Positions 26,765 through 36,116 of a DNA stretch of 38,168 bases are shown here, one piece after another (the stretch's first letter is position 1; each line of letters begins with the position of its first letter). The stretch is from a virus (lineage: Duplodnaviria; Caudoviricetes). The DNA is taken from positions 1 to 38,168 of the IMG/VR virus record IMGVR_UViG_3300026125_000440; one strand, given 5' to 3'. The position numbers and the translations under genes were made by a program. The notes under the pieces were generated by a model. That model worked only from the letters and a program-made list of their open reading frames with translations. It did not search any database and had not been told where the DNA came from.

Positions 26765-27402
26765 TACACGTAACGTCCGAAACCCCAGTATCTTTCGGCA
26801 CAAAACCAACACTCTTCACAATGCTTACTAAAGTCGGTTGTCGGGAATTCTTCACAACTTCTGGTTAATGGAAATATATCTTCTAGTACGCCCAAAGTTT
26901 CGTATAATTCACAAATGCCTTTTTTGTTTATATTCTTAAACGGCATAAATGCCATACCATATTGTGTTGGCATGTTCTCGCCTTCACGTCCGTCTGGACC
27001 GTCGCAAATAGTATCTAGTTCTTCTTGCGGCGGATTCTTTGTTTCGCCCACAAAAACATATTGAAACGCATTCTTACTCTTAAGGTCTAGTGCGAATTCT
27101 AGTTGTTCTTGTGTATAGTTATTACTGTCTACTGTATTAACATATCTATTACCCCAAGTGATACCTGTCATATCAGCAACCTTTGCTAGTATTCTATCAG
27201 CAAATTCTTGTTGGTATGGCTTTAGACTTGATATACTTGTTATCGCATGTATGTTAATATCGGGTCTGTAATCTCGTTTATACAATGCTAGAATATATGT
27301 GAGTATAGCAGAATCGGCGCCGCCAGATATCTTTATAGCAATATCAGTGACGCTTTCATCTAAATCAATAACTACATCTTGTTGGCTGTTTTTAACTATC
27401 AT
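26764..27402 (-). CDS. QueC-like PP-loop ATPase
   Basis: ISGGADS; TRSC...HCEECWFCAER zinc motif. Confidence 0.75.
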   Translation of the reverse strand: MIVKNSQQDVVIDLDESVTDIAIKISGGADSAILTYILALYKRDYRPDINIHAITSISSLKPYQQEFADRILAKVADMTGITWGNRYVNTVDSNNYTQEQLEFALDLKSKNAFQYVFVGETKNPPQEELDTICDGPDGREGENMPTQYGMAFMPFKNINKKGICELYETLGVLEDIFPLTRSCEEFPTTDFSKHCEECWFCAERYWGFGRYV

Positions 27403-28814
27403 TCTAACCCCTTAAATATATCTGCCATTTCTGGGAATGTTTCATAAAAACTAGTCCCACGATGCGCATCAATTGCTTCTAAGTATTCTTTCATTTCTGG
27501 CAATCGTGTTTCATGCCAGTCTTCACTCTTCATAAACGAAATCATACCACGTAATCGGCTAATACCATAACTGGCTTTTTCCCAATCTTCGTATGTTACT
27601 TTTCCTCTATGCCATGATGGCACACCCAATTCCCAATTCTCTTTCCACCATGGGATAAACTCTTCGTACTTCTGTGCACACTTTTCTTTAAACTCTGGTG
27701 GTAGTGTTTTAACATTAAGTTGTGGTGGCCAGTAGACAAAGTGGTAATTTACCCCGCCAGCGCCGAACGGCCACATGTTAATCTTCTTAAATCCCTGCTC
27801 CAGTTTCCATTTAACAAAATCTGGAATGTAGTATATGTTGAGTGCGTTTACGGCACAGGCAATGGTTACTTCTACATTGTCAGGTGTTTGCGTGTCTAGT
27901 ATATGAAATACTTCTTCTGTTCTGCTCCACTTACTTGGGTAACGAATGTATTCATTCATTTCATGTATGCTATCTACGGAGTAATGGAATCGCACAAGTT
28001 TAAAGTGTGACCACAATTCAAACAAATCTTCACGCCATTCTACACCATTAGAGTTGTAGCGTATTTCCATATCCTTTGCGTAACCTTGACGTATACATTC
28101 TTCTAAGATGTCGTAATGTTCATCAATGATAAGTGGTTCACCACCAGCAAAGTACAGTTGCTTCATGTACGGAACTTGCTGATAAAACTGTTCCCAAAAT
28201 ACTGGATTGTTCTTGTGCCAGTTGTATGATGAGCCGTTAGTAGAACCTTTATTATCCCACGACCATGTGCCGCGCAGTGATTCGTTCTTTAGCGTAGGAT
28301 AGACAGCCTGCCAATCTTTTACCCATCCTGAACTATCATGTGGCGAACACATCACACATGCTAGTTGACATTTGGTACCGAAACGCAAATCGATGTATGC
28401 GACTTGCGGTGGTACTTCACCGTCTTCTGTAGTATCTGCGAGTAACTGGTCTAAGTCTACACGTTGACTCCAATACTTTGTTTCCCACATACGTTTACTA
28501 TTGTGACCTGCGGCTTCTTCAGTGTAACACTTACGACAACTTGGCGGTTGTTCACCGTTAAGCATTTGTTTACGGACGTTCTTCATGTAAGAACTATTCC
28601 AACTACTTTGGAAGTCACTTACATTAAGATTGTTTGGTTTACCTTCATCGTCTTTTAGTACGCCAACATTGCCCCCACCTATCTTATCGTTGGTGGGACC
28701 TACTGAACTTGCGTTTGCGGTACAGCAAACCCTGAGTTGCCCATCGGGTCTAGTACTAAGATGCATCCAAGGCAATATACAAAATGTATCGCTGGGTGGT
28801 TTTTTATCTGACAT
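27399..28814 (-). CDS. Radical SAM protein with N-terminal twitch domain
   Basis: FCILPW..VCC..CRKC; DLRFGTKCQLACVMC; FAGGEP; YNSN. Confidence 0.92.
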   Translation of the reverse strand: MSDKKPPSDTFCILPWMHLSTRPDGQLRVCCTANASSVGPTNDKIGGGNVGVLKDDEGKPNNLNVSDFQSSWNSSYMKNVRKQMLNGEQPPSCRKCYTEEAAGHNSKRMWETKYWSQRVDLDQLLADTTEDGEVPPQVAYIDLRFGTKCQLACVMCSPHDSSGWVKDWQAVYPTLKNESLRGTWSWDNKGSTNGSSYNWHKNNPVFWEQFYQQVPYMKQLYFAGGEPLIIDEHYDILEECIRQGYAKDMEIRYNSNGVEWREDLFELWSHFKLVRFHYSVDSIHEMNEYIRYPSKWSRTEEVFHILDTQTPDNVEVTIACAVNALNIYYIPDFVKWKLEQGFKKINMWPFGAGGVNYHFVYWPPQLNVKTLPPEFKEKCAQKYEEFIPWWKENWELGVPSWHRGKVTYEDWEKASYGISRLRGMISFMKSEDWHETRLPEMKEYLEAIDAHRGTSFYETFPEMADIFKGLE

Positions 28815-28847
28815 AAGTTCCTTTTCGCTTATAGGTTATATACTATA

Positions 28848-28927
28848 AGTATAGCATAAAGTTGTATTTAGAGTCAAATAGTTATTGATTTACTATACAC
28901 AACCATGTTATACTGTATGTATAAATA
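28848..28927. promoter_or_regulatory. Divergent promoter region
   Basis: Minus strand: TTGACT (28877-28872)-N18-TATACT (28853-28848). Plus strand: TTGATT (28885-28890)-N18-TATACT (28909-28914) and TATAAATA (28920-28927). Confidence 0.65.
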
Positions 28928-28972
28928 TAAATTGCTACAATTACGAATTTATTTAGCACTTAGGGAGCAAAT

Positions 28973-29779
28973 ATGTTACAGAGAAAAAAAGCGAATAGTG
29001 ACGAAATGATTGATGTTTTCGTTGAATTTGAAGAAACATTCACCGCAGATAGTGGCCACAGTACTATCATACCTCTCAATTCAGAATGGAAAGCAGTAGG
29101 TATTCAGTTATCAGGCGGGTTAGACAGTGCACTATTGTTGTACTTAACAACACTGGCAATACAAAAGCATAACTTGGATGTTAAGATTCAACCATTAAGC
29201 GTTTTTATTCCTTCGAAGGTAAAAAACATTGCGTCAACTGTAAAGATTATAGATACGATAAGAGAAATTACAGGCGATACTACTATCATTCAAGATGGTA
29301 TGGTATTCCGTATGCCAATGGAAGAAACTTCAACACAAGACGGCAAGAAAGACGGATATTTTGTTAAGATGATTCGTCAACAATTCCACGATGGTGTAGT
29401 AAGTTTTGAATTCAATGGTAATACCAAGAACCCACCCGACGAAGCACGAGTAGGTTGGAAGAATGACCAGCATCGTCAAAAGAATCGTGACCATGCCGAG
29501 TCCATTTACAACTCAATGCACTCAGCAAGTCCGCATTATGGTATGGATAAAGCAGACATTATCAACATGTACTTGAAATATCCAGAATTGTACGAAAAGG
29601 TCGCGCCGTTGACTTGTTCATGTGACGAAAACGTTTCGGTCGTTGACCAAAATCGTACTACTGTACCTTGTGGTAACTGTTGGTGGTGCGAAGAACGTAA
29701 CTATGGGTTCAGTTCTAACGGAGTGGAAGATCCTGCTCCAATCCTTACATACGAAGAATACTGTAAATTAGTAGACTAA
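28973..29779 (+). CDS. QueC-like PP-loop ATPase
   Basis: LSGGLDS; TKNPP; TCSC...CGNCWWCEER. Confidence 0.75.
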   Translation: MLQRKKANSDEMIDVFVEFEETFTADSGHSTIIPLNSEWKAVGIQLSGGLDSALLLYLTTLAIQKHNLDVKIQPLSVFIPSKVKNIASTVKIIDTIREITGDTTIIQDGMVFRMPMEETSTQDGKKDGYFVKMIRQQFHDGVVSFEFNGNTKNPPDEARVGWKNDQHRQKNRDHAESIYNSMHSASPHYGMDKADIINMYLKYPELYEKVAPLTCSCDENVSVVDQNRTTVPCGNCWWCEERNYGFSSNGVEDPAPILTYEEYCKLVD

Positions 29780-30951
29780 TGGATATACCAAGCAAAACGT
29801 TCTGCTCTATGGCATGGGACCACCAGTTCATTGACCCTACCGGTCGTGTGAAACCATGCTGTAGATTCGCAGAAAGACATAGACCAAACGAAAACAACTT
29901 AAACAATAAAACACTAAGCGAAGTCTTTTACGGTGACTGGATGAATGATGTTCGGGAACGTATGATGGATGGTCGTGAAGTAGAAGGTTGTATACGTTGT
30001 TACCAAGAAGAAGCCGCAGGTAAACGTAGTCTTAGACAACGTTACCACGACAACAAAACACTACCCATTGACGAACTCGTAGACATAGACAATCCTAAAA
30101 TTCGTTGGATTGAACTTGCTATTAGTAATGACTGCAACTTAGCATGTCGCATGTGTGATAGTCGTTACGCATGGAAATGGTTTGAAGAAGAGAAAGCAAT
30201 CTACGGTAAAACATGGAACACAGTCAAGAAAAGTAAAAGCGATATAGCAAACATATATCCTTTTATTAACGACTTAGTTCACATTAAGTTTACCGGAGGT
30301 GAACCTCTTATTACTCCAGACCATTGGGTATTAGTGGACAAACTACTTGCGGAACGAGATTGTAGTGAAATATTCTTGAACTATAGCACAAACTGTACAA
30401 TAATGCCTAAAGATAGTTGGGTAGATAAATGGAATCAGTTTAAGACTGTAGAGTTTGCACTAAGTTTTGATAGTTGTGATCCGGCAGAATCAGAGTATAT
30501 TCGCTGGCCTGCTAAGTATGAAACAACAGAAGCAGTAACCAAACGTTTCTTAGAACTTAAGAAAGAACATGGTTGGAATGTGTTGTTGCGTAGTACTATT
30601 AGTATATTCAACTTATGGTATATGCCACAAAACTTAGAATGGTGGGAGGAGCACGATACTTCGGGTAATGTTGTAATGAATCCAACACATTTAACATACC
30701 CAGAAATCATGTGTGTTACTGTACTACCGGAGCATATCAAGAAACGTGTAACTGAGCGATTTGAAGAACATATGAAAACATGTTCTCCGAAAGCATATGG
30801 AGCACTAGATTATATCAAAAACTTTATGAATAGTAAAGATGATAGTCATCTACTACCTGAACTTAAAAAGTACATAGAAGGCACTGATAAGTTTAGAGGG
30901 CAAAATTTCTTTGAAAGTTACCCTCACTTCTCCGATATTTTCACTAAGTAA
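29779..30951 (+). CDS. Radical SAM protein with N-terminal twitch domain
   Basis: FCSMAW..PCC..CIRC; CNLACRMC; FTGGEP; YSTN. Confidence 0.92.
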   Translation: MDIPSKTFCSMAWDHQFIDPTGRVKPCCRFAERHRPNENNLNNKTLSEVFYGDWMNDVRERMMDGREVEGCIRCYQEEAAGKRSLRQRYHDNKTLPIDELVDIDNPKIRWIELAISNDCNLACRMCDSRYAWKWFEEEKAIYGKTWNTVKKSKSDIANIYPFINDLVHIKFTGGEPLITPDHWVLVDKLLAERDCSEIFLNYSTNCTIMPKDSWVDKWNQFKTVEFALSFDSCDPAESEYIRWPAKYETTEAVTKRFLELKKEHGWNVLLRSTISIFNLWYMPQNLEWWEEHDTSGNVVMNPTHLTYPEIMCVTVLPEHIKKRVTERFEEHMKTCSPKAYGALDYIKNFMNSKDDSHLLPELKKYIEGTDKFRGQNFFESYPHFSDIFTK

Positions 30952-33596
30952 TCGTAAAACTCGGGATTGACTTTTGATAAGTCAGTCCCGTGTTGTTTAT
31001 CAAACCAATCAAATAAATCTTTATATTGGTATAAATCGGTAGTAACTGCGGCAGGACGTTTTATACTATTAGCAATTTCATGCAATTTGTTTATCAGTGG
31101 ATGATATTGTTCTTCTGTATAGTTTTCCTTTAAATACGTAGTTACATCTTCTATATGATATAGAAATGATTCGTCTAACATATTAGTTTCTAATCCGTTA
31201 CTGCCTATAATTCTCATACGAAATGATATGTTTGTATTACCATACTCTTCTATTAGTGATTTAACGTAACGATACATTGGTAACATGCCTGCTACGGATA
31301 CATTAGTAGTAACATTCCAAAACTCTATCTCATGGTCGAAATTTATTTTTCCTGTATCAGAATGTGTATATTGAGACATTAGATATCGTAAATTATTATC
31401 GAATAATTGAAAATCACATCCGGTATGTAAGTAATTATACATATCACCGGAACCAGACATTTTAATTTGAAATACTACATGTAACAGTTCATATTTTTCC
31501 TTATATGCTTTTACATAATCTAACACATCCTTCAATCGGTCCAATGATACATTCAAATTAGTTTTTATATCAACTCGTAGTGAACGGTAACGTAGTTTAT
31601 TGTGCTCATAAAATGTATCACATATAATACCTAAATGATCCTCTTCTATAATATTAGGCAATACTTCTCCGCCATAAATACCCAAACATGCTCCTAGAGT
31701 ATGGTCTTCTGCTATTTGTTTGACCATATCTTTTATAATTTTTACTCGGTCTTCAAATGGTTTTGGGTCGATGTGTTTTAAATCTTCGGTGAAGTGTTGT
31801 AATTTACTAGGAAGAGTTTCGGTTTCAGCAATGTGTTGCCAGGTAGAACTTTCTTTAGGTTTACACCATAAACATGCGGCATCACAATCATTAGATATAA
31901 TTAACCCGGTATGTGTATTACCGTTGTATGGCATTACCCAATCCATATTACGATTTAATCGGTGCGAAGTACCTAGAGTACTTTCGTTTACTCTACACAC
32001 CTTACAAAAATCTATTTTCTCACCTGATACTATTCGCTTTCTGATATTGGTTAATTGTTCTACTGAAGTAACTTCATCCTTACCAAATAATGAAACTTCA
32101 CACGGTCTTAAGTCACCAGTAACACCATCGTAGTACATTGAACGGGATGCTTCTAAACAGTATGCTCCTATTTCTTCTGTAGTGGGTTCGTGTGTTTCTA
32201 CTTTGTGGTATACTCTTTCGCCGGGAGTATCAATCAACCAATTCTGCTTAGGTAATGCGAACATAGAACTTTCTATAGTGTCAGTACCATCTAATATAGG
32301 CAACAATTCGGGAATAGAAGATTTCCAATCTAAACGTCTAACATCATCAAAGTAATCTAAACGATCACGTAACATCTTCAACAGTGTTGTCTCAGGTTCA
32401 ATTACTTCTAATTCGTTCTGAAGCCCATATAATCTATTTAAAAAGTCAAACCAATTGCCATACTCTCCAGGTTTGCCATAACTTTCTACTGTGCTCATCC
32501 AATGGCGAGTATTACGTATAGCATTACGAATGTATTTCACCCCATACTTACCGAGTACGGTAGGCGACATAACTTTAGGTATTGATACTTGATTATAATG
32601 CAATCCTATGTGTTTGTCGTATTTTAATACAACGTCTTTAGCCCATAGTATAAAGTCTGATATTCCGGTAACATTCATAGACGACATAGTTACCATAAAG
32701 CCTAGTTTAACGTTATTGTTATCCTTAACTGCTTGGATTAATTTGTGTACGTTTGATTCAAACAAATCCCATTCTAAGTTGGTTCTAATATACTCCGCTC
32801 GTTTGTATATATCATCCATACTTATTAATACTTCTAAGCGTTGATTGCTTGTAAGTTTAGGTATAGAATCTAAAAACTTTGTGTAGTAATTATCAGGTAT
32901 GTTTAAATTGGTAATGATACATAATTTGTAGTCGGACTCTGGGTTAGCATTTTTATTCAAATGTTCTACCAATGTATAAAACTCTGGCATAATTAAAGGT
33001 TCGCCGCCCTTTATGTTAATAGTCTCTAGCGTTTTACTCGCTGTATTACGAAACCATTCCCAAAATAATTCATCGAACTTTTCGCTAGTCTTTGTTTTAT
33101 ACGATTCGTAATGTTCTTTAGTTATACGCCCTTGCTTGTACTCTTCTAACGCCCATTGACTACTATTATCAGGGCCACAATATACACATTTTAAATTACA
33201 ATGGTTACCCATAATAATTTCTAATAACTCTGGTCTAGACGCATGTGTTATATGAGTATCTGATTCCTTTACAATTTGATTGTCTTTGTATTCAACACCA
33301 ATGGATTTAAAATGTTCCTGAAATGTACCGTGGTCTGCTTGGCGTTTACTTACTGCCCCAACATTTTCTTTATCCCAACACTGCTGACAATCTCGGTTCT
33401 GTAAACCGTTCAGTGTGTCAATGCGTCTTTGAACGAGTCGATTATTGTTCATAAATACATCGGTTCCCAAAGAATCCATTTCATTGTCACTGAATGGTTT
33501 ATTTCCACGTTCAGGCAGGCAACACATACCCGCGTTAAGTGTTGATAAATCAACTACCGAGTATGTCCAATTATGTTTACATCCTAAATTTTTCAC
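30924..33596 (-). CDS. Tandem double radical SAM fusion (890 aa)
   Basis: Module 1: CKHNW..CC..CQQC, CNLKCVYC, KGGEP. Module 2: CLEA..PC..CKVC, CDAACLWC, YGGE, KTNL. Confidence 0.88.
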   Translation of the reverse strand: MKNLGCKHNWTYSVVDLSTLNAGMCCLPERGNKPFSDNEMDSLGTDVFMNNNRLVQRRIDTLNGLQNRDCQQCWDKENVGAVSKRQADHGTFQEHFKSIGVEYKDNQIVKESDTHITHASRPELLEIIMGNHCNLKCVYCGPDNSSQWALEEYKQGRITKEHYESYKTKTSEKFDELFWEWFRNTASKTLETINIKGGEPLIMPEFYTLVEHLNKNANPESDYKLCIITNLNIPDNYYTKFLDSIPKLTSNQRLEVLISMDDIYKRAEYIRTNLEWDLFESNVHKLIQAVKDNNNVKLGFMVTMSSMNVTGISDFILWAKDVVLKYDKHIGLHYNQVSIPKVMSPTVLGKYGVKYIRNAIRNTRHWMSTVESYGKPGEYGNWFDFLNRLYGLQNELEVIEPETTLLKMLRDRLDYFDDVRRLDWKSSIPELLPILDGTDTIESSMFALPKQNWLIDTPGERVYHKVETHEPTTEEIGAYCLEASRSMYYDGVTGDLRPCEVSLFGKDEVTSVEQLTNIRKRIVSGEKIDFCKVCRVNESTLGTSHRLNRNMDWVMPYNGNTHTGLIISNDCDAACLWCKPKESSTWQHIAETETLPSKLQHFTEDLKHIDPKPFEDRVKIIKDMVKQIAEDHTLGACLGIYGGEVLPNIIEEDHLGIICDTFYEHNKLRYRSLRVDIKTNLNVSLDRLKDVLDYVKAYKEKYELLHVVFQIKMSGSGDMYNYLHTGCDFQLFDNNLRYLMSQYTHSDTGKINFDHEIEFWNVTTNVSVAGMLPMYRYVKSLIEEYGNTNISFRMRIIGSNGLETNMLDESFLYHIEDVTTYLKENYTEEQYHPLINKLHEIANSIKRPAAVTTDLYQYKDLFDWFDKQHGTDLSKVNPEFYDYLVKISEK

Positions 33597-34882
33597 TCGC
33601 TGTCTTCCGTTAGTATTTTATATAATATCGGATTTACATCTTGTACTTTTAGTCCTCGACTTCTTTCTATCCAGTCAAAATATAGTTTTCCTTTACGAAT
33701 AGTATCTGGGAATTTAAACTTGCCTAAAATTTCACGACTATTATTCAACTGTTCATATACTTTGTCTGCTATTCTCGGATCCATGTGGTGATGATATTTC
33801 CTAACGACCTCTTCGATTTCATCAAACACATAATTGTACTCGTCAGGCGGATAAACCCCAACGGACAAGAATTGTGGGAATGTAATAGGATTAAATGCCG
33901 GAGTAAATGATGTATTGTGTTTTATTGCCTGTTGAAAAGCATACTCCAATACATTTACTGTATCGAACAAAGATACTGCTGAGATAGTTAAACATAAACC
34001 AGTTGTTAATCTGAGTCTTCCACTAGATCCTGCTTCCATCCACATTTCAAAGTTTCGTTTAATCGTTTCCCACTTGGCTCCGTATCGAACAAACTCCGCA
34101 TTAGGGCCTGTACTTTCTACACTAATATGAATTTGTATTCTCAAGTTTGGATATGTATTTCTGAAATTGGCCAACTTATCTATGGTACTATGCATTATGT
34201 TTTCTGGTGTGTTACCATTTGTAACTATGATAATTCCAACGTTACTTTCCGGATCTGCGTATTTGAATACTGCCTCAATAACTTCTGATACTATATCTTT
34301 CTTTATAGTGGATGTTAGTAATGGTTCACCTCCTAAGAACACTATTTCGTACCCATGATGTGCTTTAGCGTTTCTGCCCATTTCTTCACATTGTTGCAAT
34401 ATCATTTGTTTGTGGTGGGCACGTTGCTCTGCCGTTTTCGTGACAGCAAGCGGCTTTTCAGCATCATTAATACTGTTTGCCAACACATTTCGGTCTTCCA
34501 AACTAGAATTCTGTATAGTCTGTTGCCATTTTGAACTATACTTAGGGCCGCAGTAGATACATTCTAAATCACATGTATTGTCAACATATATCTCCATTGT
34601 ATAGTAGTTGGCGGCTCGCGCGTTTCCAATGTGTCTCCACGACTCTAAACCTTTGTCTTCTAGAAACCAACAATAATTGCAATGATTATTGCGAACACCA
34701 TTGTTTAAATCATCACGTACTTTTTGTATTGCCTCAGATCCTTTTTCGAACGTGTCATATACTACCGGGCGTTGTGATTTACAGCACAAATGAACTTCTA
34801 ACTTTTCACTAAATGAGCGCATTATTAATTCGGTATCTGCTCTGTGGCAAAATGTATCTTTCTTATCTTTCTTATCTGTCAT
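33593..34882 (-). CDS. Radical SAM protein with N-terminal twitch-like domain
   Basis: FCHRA..LCC..CNYC; DNTCDLECIYC; LGGEP; TNGN. Confidence 0.9.
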   Translation of the reverse strand: MTDKKDKKDTFCHRADTELIMRSFSEKLEVHLCCKSQRPVVYDTFEKGSEAIQKVRDDLNNGVRNNHCNYCWFLEDKGLESWRHIGNARAANYYTMEIYVDNTCDLECIYCGPKYSSKWQQTIQNSSLEDRNVLANSINDAEKPLAVTKTAEQRAHHKQMILQQCEEMGRNAKAHHGYEIVFLGGEPLLTSTIKKDIVSEVIEAVFKYADPESNVGIIIVTNGNTPENIMHSTIDKLANFRNTYPNLRIQIHISVESTGPNAEFVRYGAKWETIKRNFEMWMEAGSSGRLRLTTGLCLTISAVSLFDTVNVLEYAFQQAIKHNTSFTPAFNPITFPQFLSVGVYPPDEYNYVFDEIEEVVRKYHHHMDPRIADKVYEQLNNSREILGKFKFPDTIRKGKLYFDWIERSRGLKVQDVNPILYKILTEDSE

Positions 34883-36116
34883 TATCTCTGTCCAATCTTT
34901 TATAGTACTCGTATATCTGAGGATTTACATCTTGTATATTTATCCCTCTAATATCCAATAAGTAATCAAAAAACTTTAGCCCTTGTTTAGCGTACATTTT
35001 TTTTCTTTCGTAGTCAAACTGACCTATTAAATCCCTAGCAGTTTTGATATTATCATTAATAAGTATACTGTCGTTTATTAAACTAGTATTGTCTTGAATG
35101 ACAGCGTTCACTTCATCCATTACCGATTTCTTTTCGTCTGGCAACATACATGTACTTAAATATTCAGGATGTTTTACTGTATTTAAGTCTAGACCTATTT
35201 GAATATTTTCGTTACTAGCAATATGAAACACATCGTTTAGTAAATCCACAGTGCCATCAAGTGATATGGCATTTACACTCATTCGTATATTCACAAATAT
35301 ATCATTAATCATATACTTTGACATATTTTTTAAAAAACGCTGATAATCAAGTCCATCACGTACAAACTCTGCGTTTTTACCCGAACTTTCTACACTTAAC
35401 ACAACCATGACTTCGACATTAGGGTATTCTTTTTTTACATTGTGTAATGACTCGATAGTATCATCAATGATATTATCGGGTGTATTACCGTTAGACACTA
35501 CACATACCCGTAATGGTTTATTCGGTACTGTTCCTCGGTAAAACGCTTCAATCACATCCTGAACAATACCATTCTTAAAGTACCGTGTCATTAACGGTTC
35601 TCCGCCAAGTAATGTTATAGTGTTTCGTATCGTGTTAGACTTCGTAGCAAAGTCTGTAACTTTTTCTAATATCAACTCGGTATGATTTAAAACATGGTTT
35701 GATTCTTCATATGTGTCTAGTATGCTGATATATTTTTCTTTTTGGTCTCTAGTAAGTGACCGTTGTTCGCTTTCCCATCTAGAACTATACATGGGACTAC
35801 AGTAGATACATTTTAAATCGCATGTGTTATCTACATATAACTCCATATAAGCATAATCAAATGGTATATTATTACCTACTTCTCTCCACGATGTGACATT
35901 GTTTTCTTCATCTTCCTTACAATGTCTACAATGAGAATTCCATATTCCATTTTCTAAATCTTTACGTACATTATCCAGAGCACCATCATACGATACATCA
36001 ACGGAGTCTGCGGCAGTACAACACAAGGATCCTCTGACAGTAGATCCAAATGACCTAAGTATTAGTTCATTATTCGCACGGGCACATTTTATGGGACCGC
36101 CGAACTTACTTTCCAT
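34872..36116 (-). CDS. Radical SAM protein, close paralog of 33593-34882
   Basis: CARA..LCC..CRHC; DNTCDLKCIYC; LGGEP; SNGN; ATG 36116 with GGAG RBS. Confidence 0.9.
   Translation of the reverse strand: MESKFGGPIKCARANNELILRSFGSTVRGSLCCTAADSVDVSYDGALDNVRKDLENGIWNSHCRHCKEDEENNVTSWREVGNNIPFDYAYMELYVDNTCDLKCIYCSPMYSSRWESEQRSLTRDQKEKYISILDTYEESNHVLNHTELILEKVTDFATKSNTIRNTITLLGGEPLMTRYFKNGIVQDVIEAFYRGTVPNKPLRVCVVSNGNTPDNIIDDTIESLHNVKKEYPNVEVMVVLSVESSGKNAEFVRDGLDYQRFLKNMSKYMINDIFVNIRMSVNAISLDGTVDLLNDVFHIASNENIQIGLDLNTVKHPEYLSTCMLPDEKKSVMDEVNAVIQDNTSLINDSILINDNIKTARDLIGQFDYERKKMYAKQGLKFFDYLLDIRGINIQDVNPQIYEYYKRLDRDNDR

Noticed and set aside
26764-29779. Assigning the symbols queC/queE
   Set aside because: Only PP-loop and zinc motifs match; neighbours are larger twitch-type rSAMs; no queD, folE or dpdA in the window
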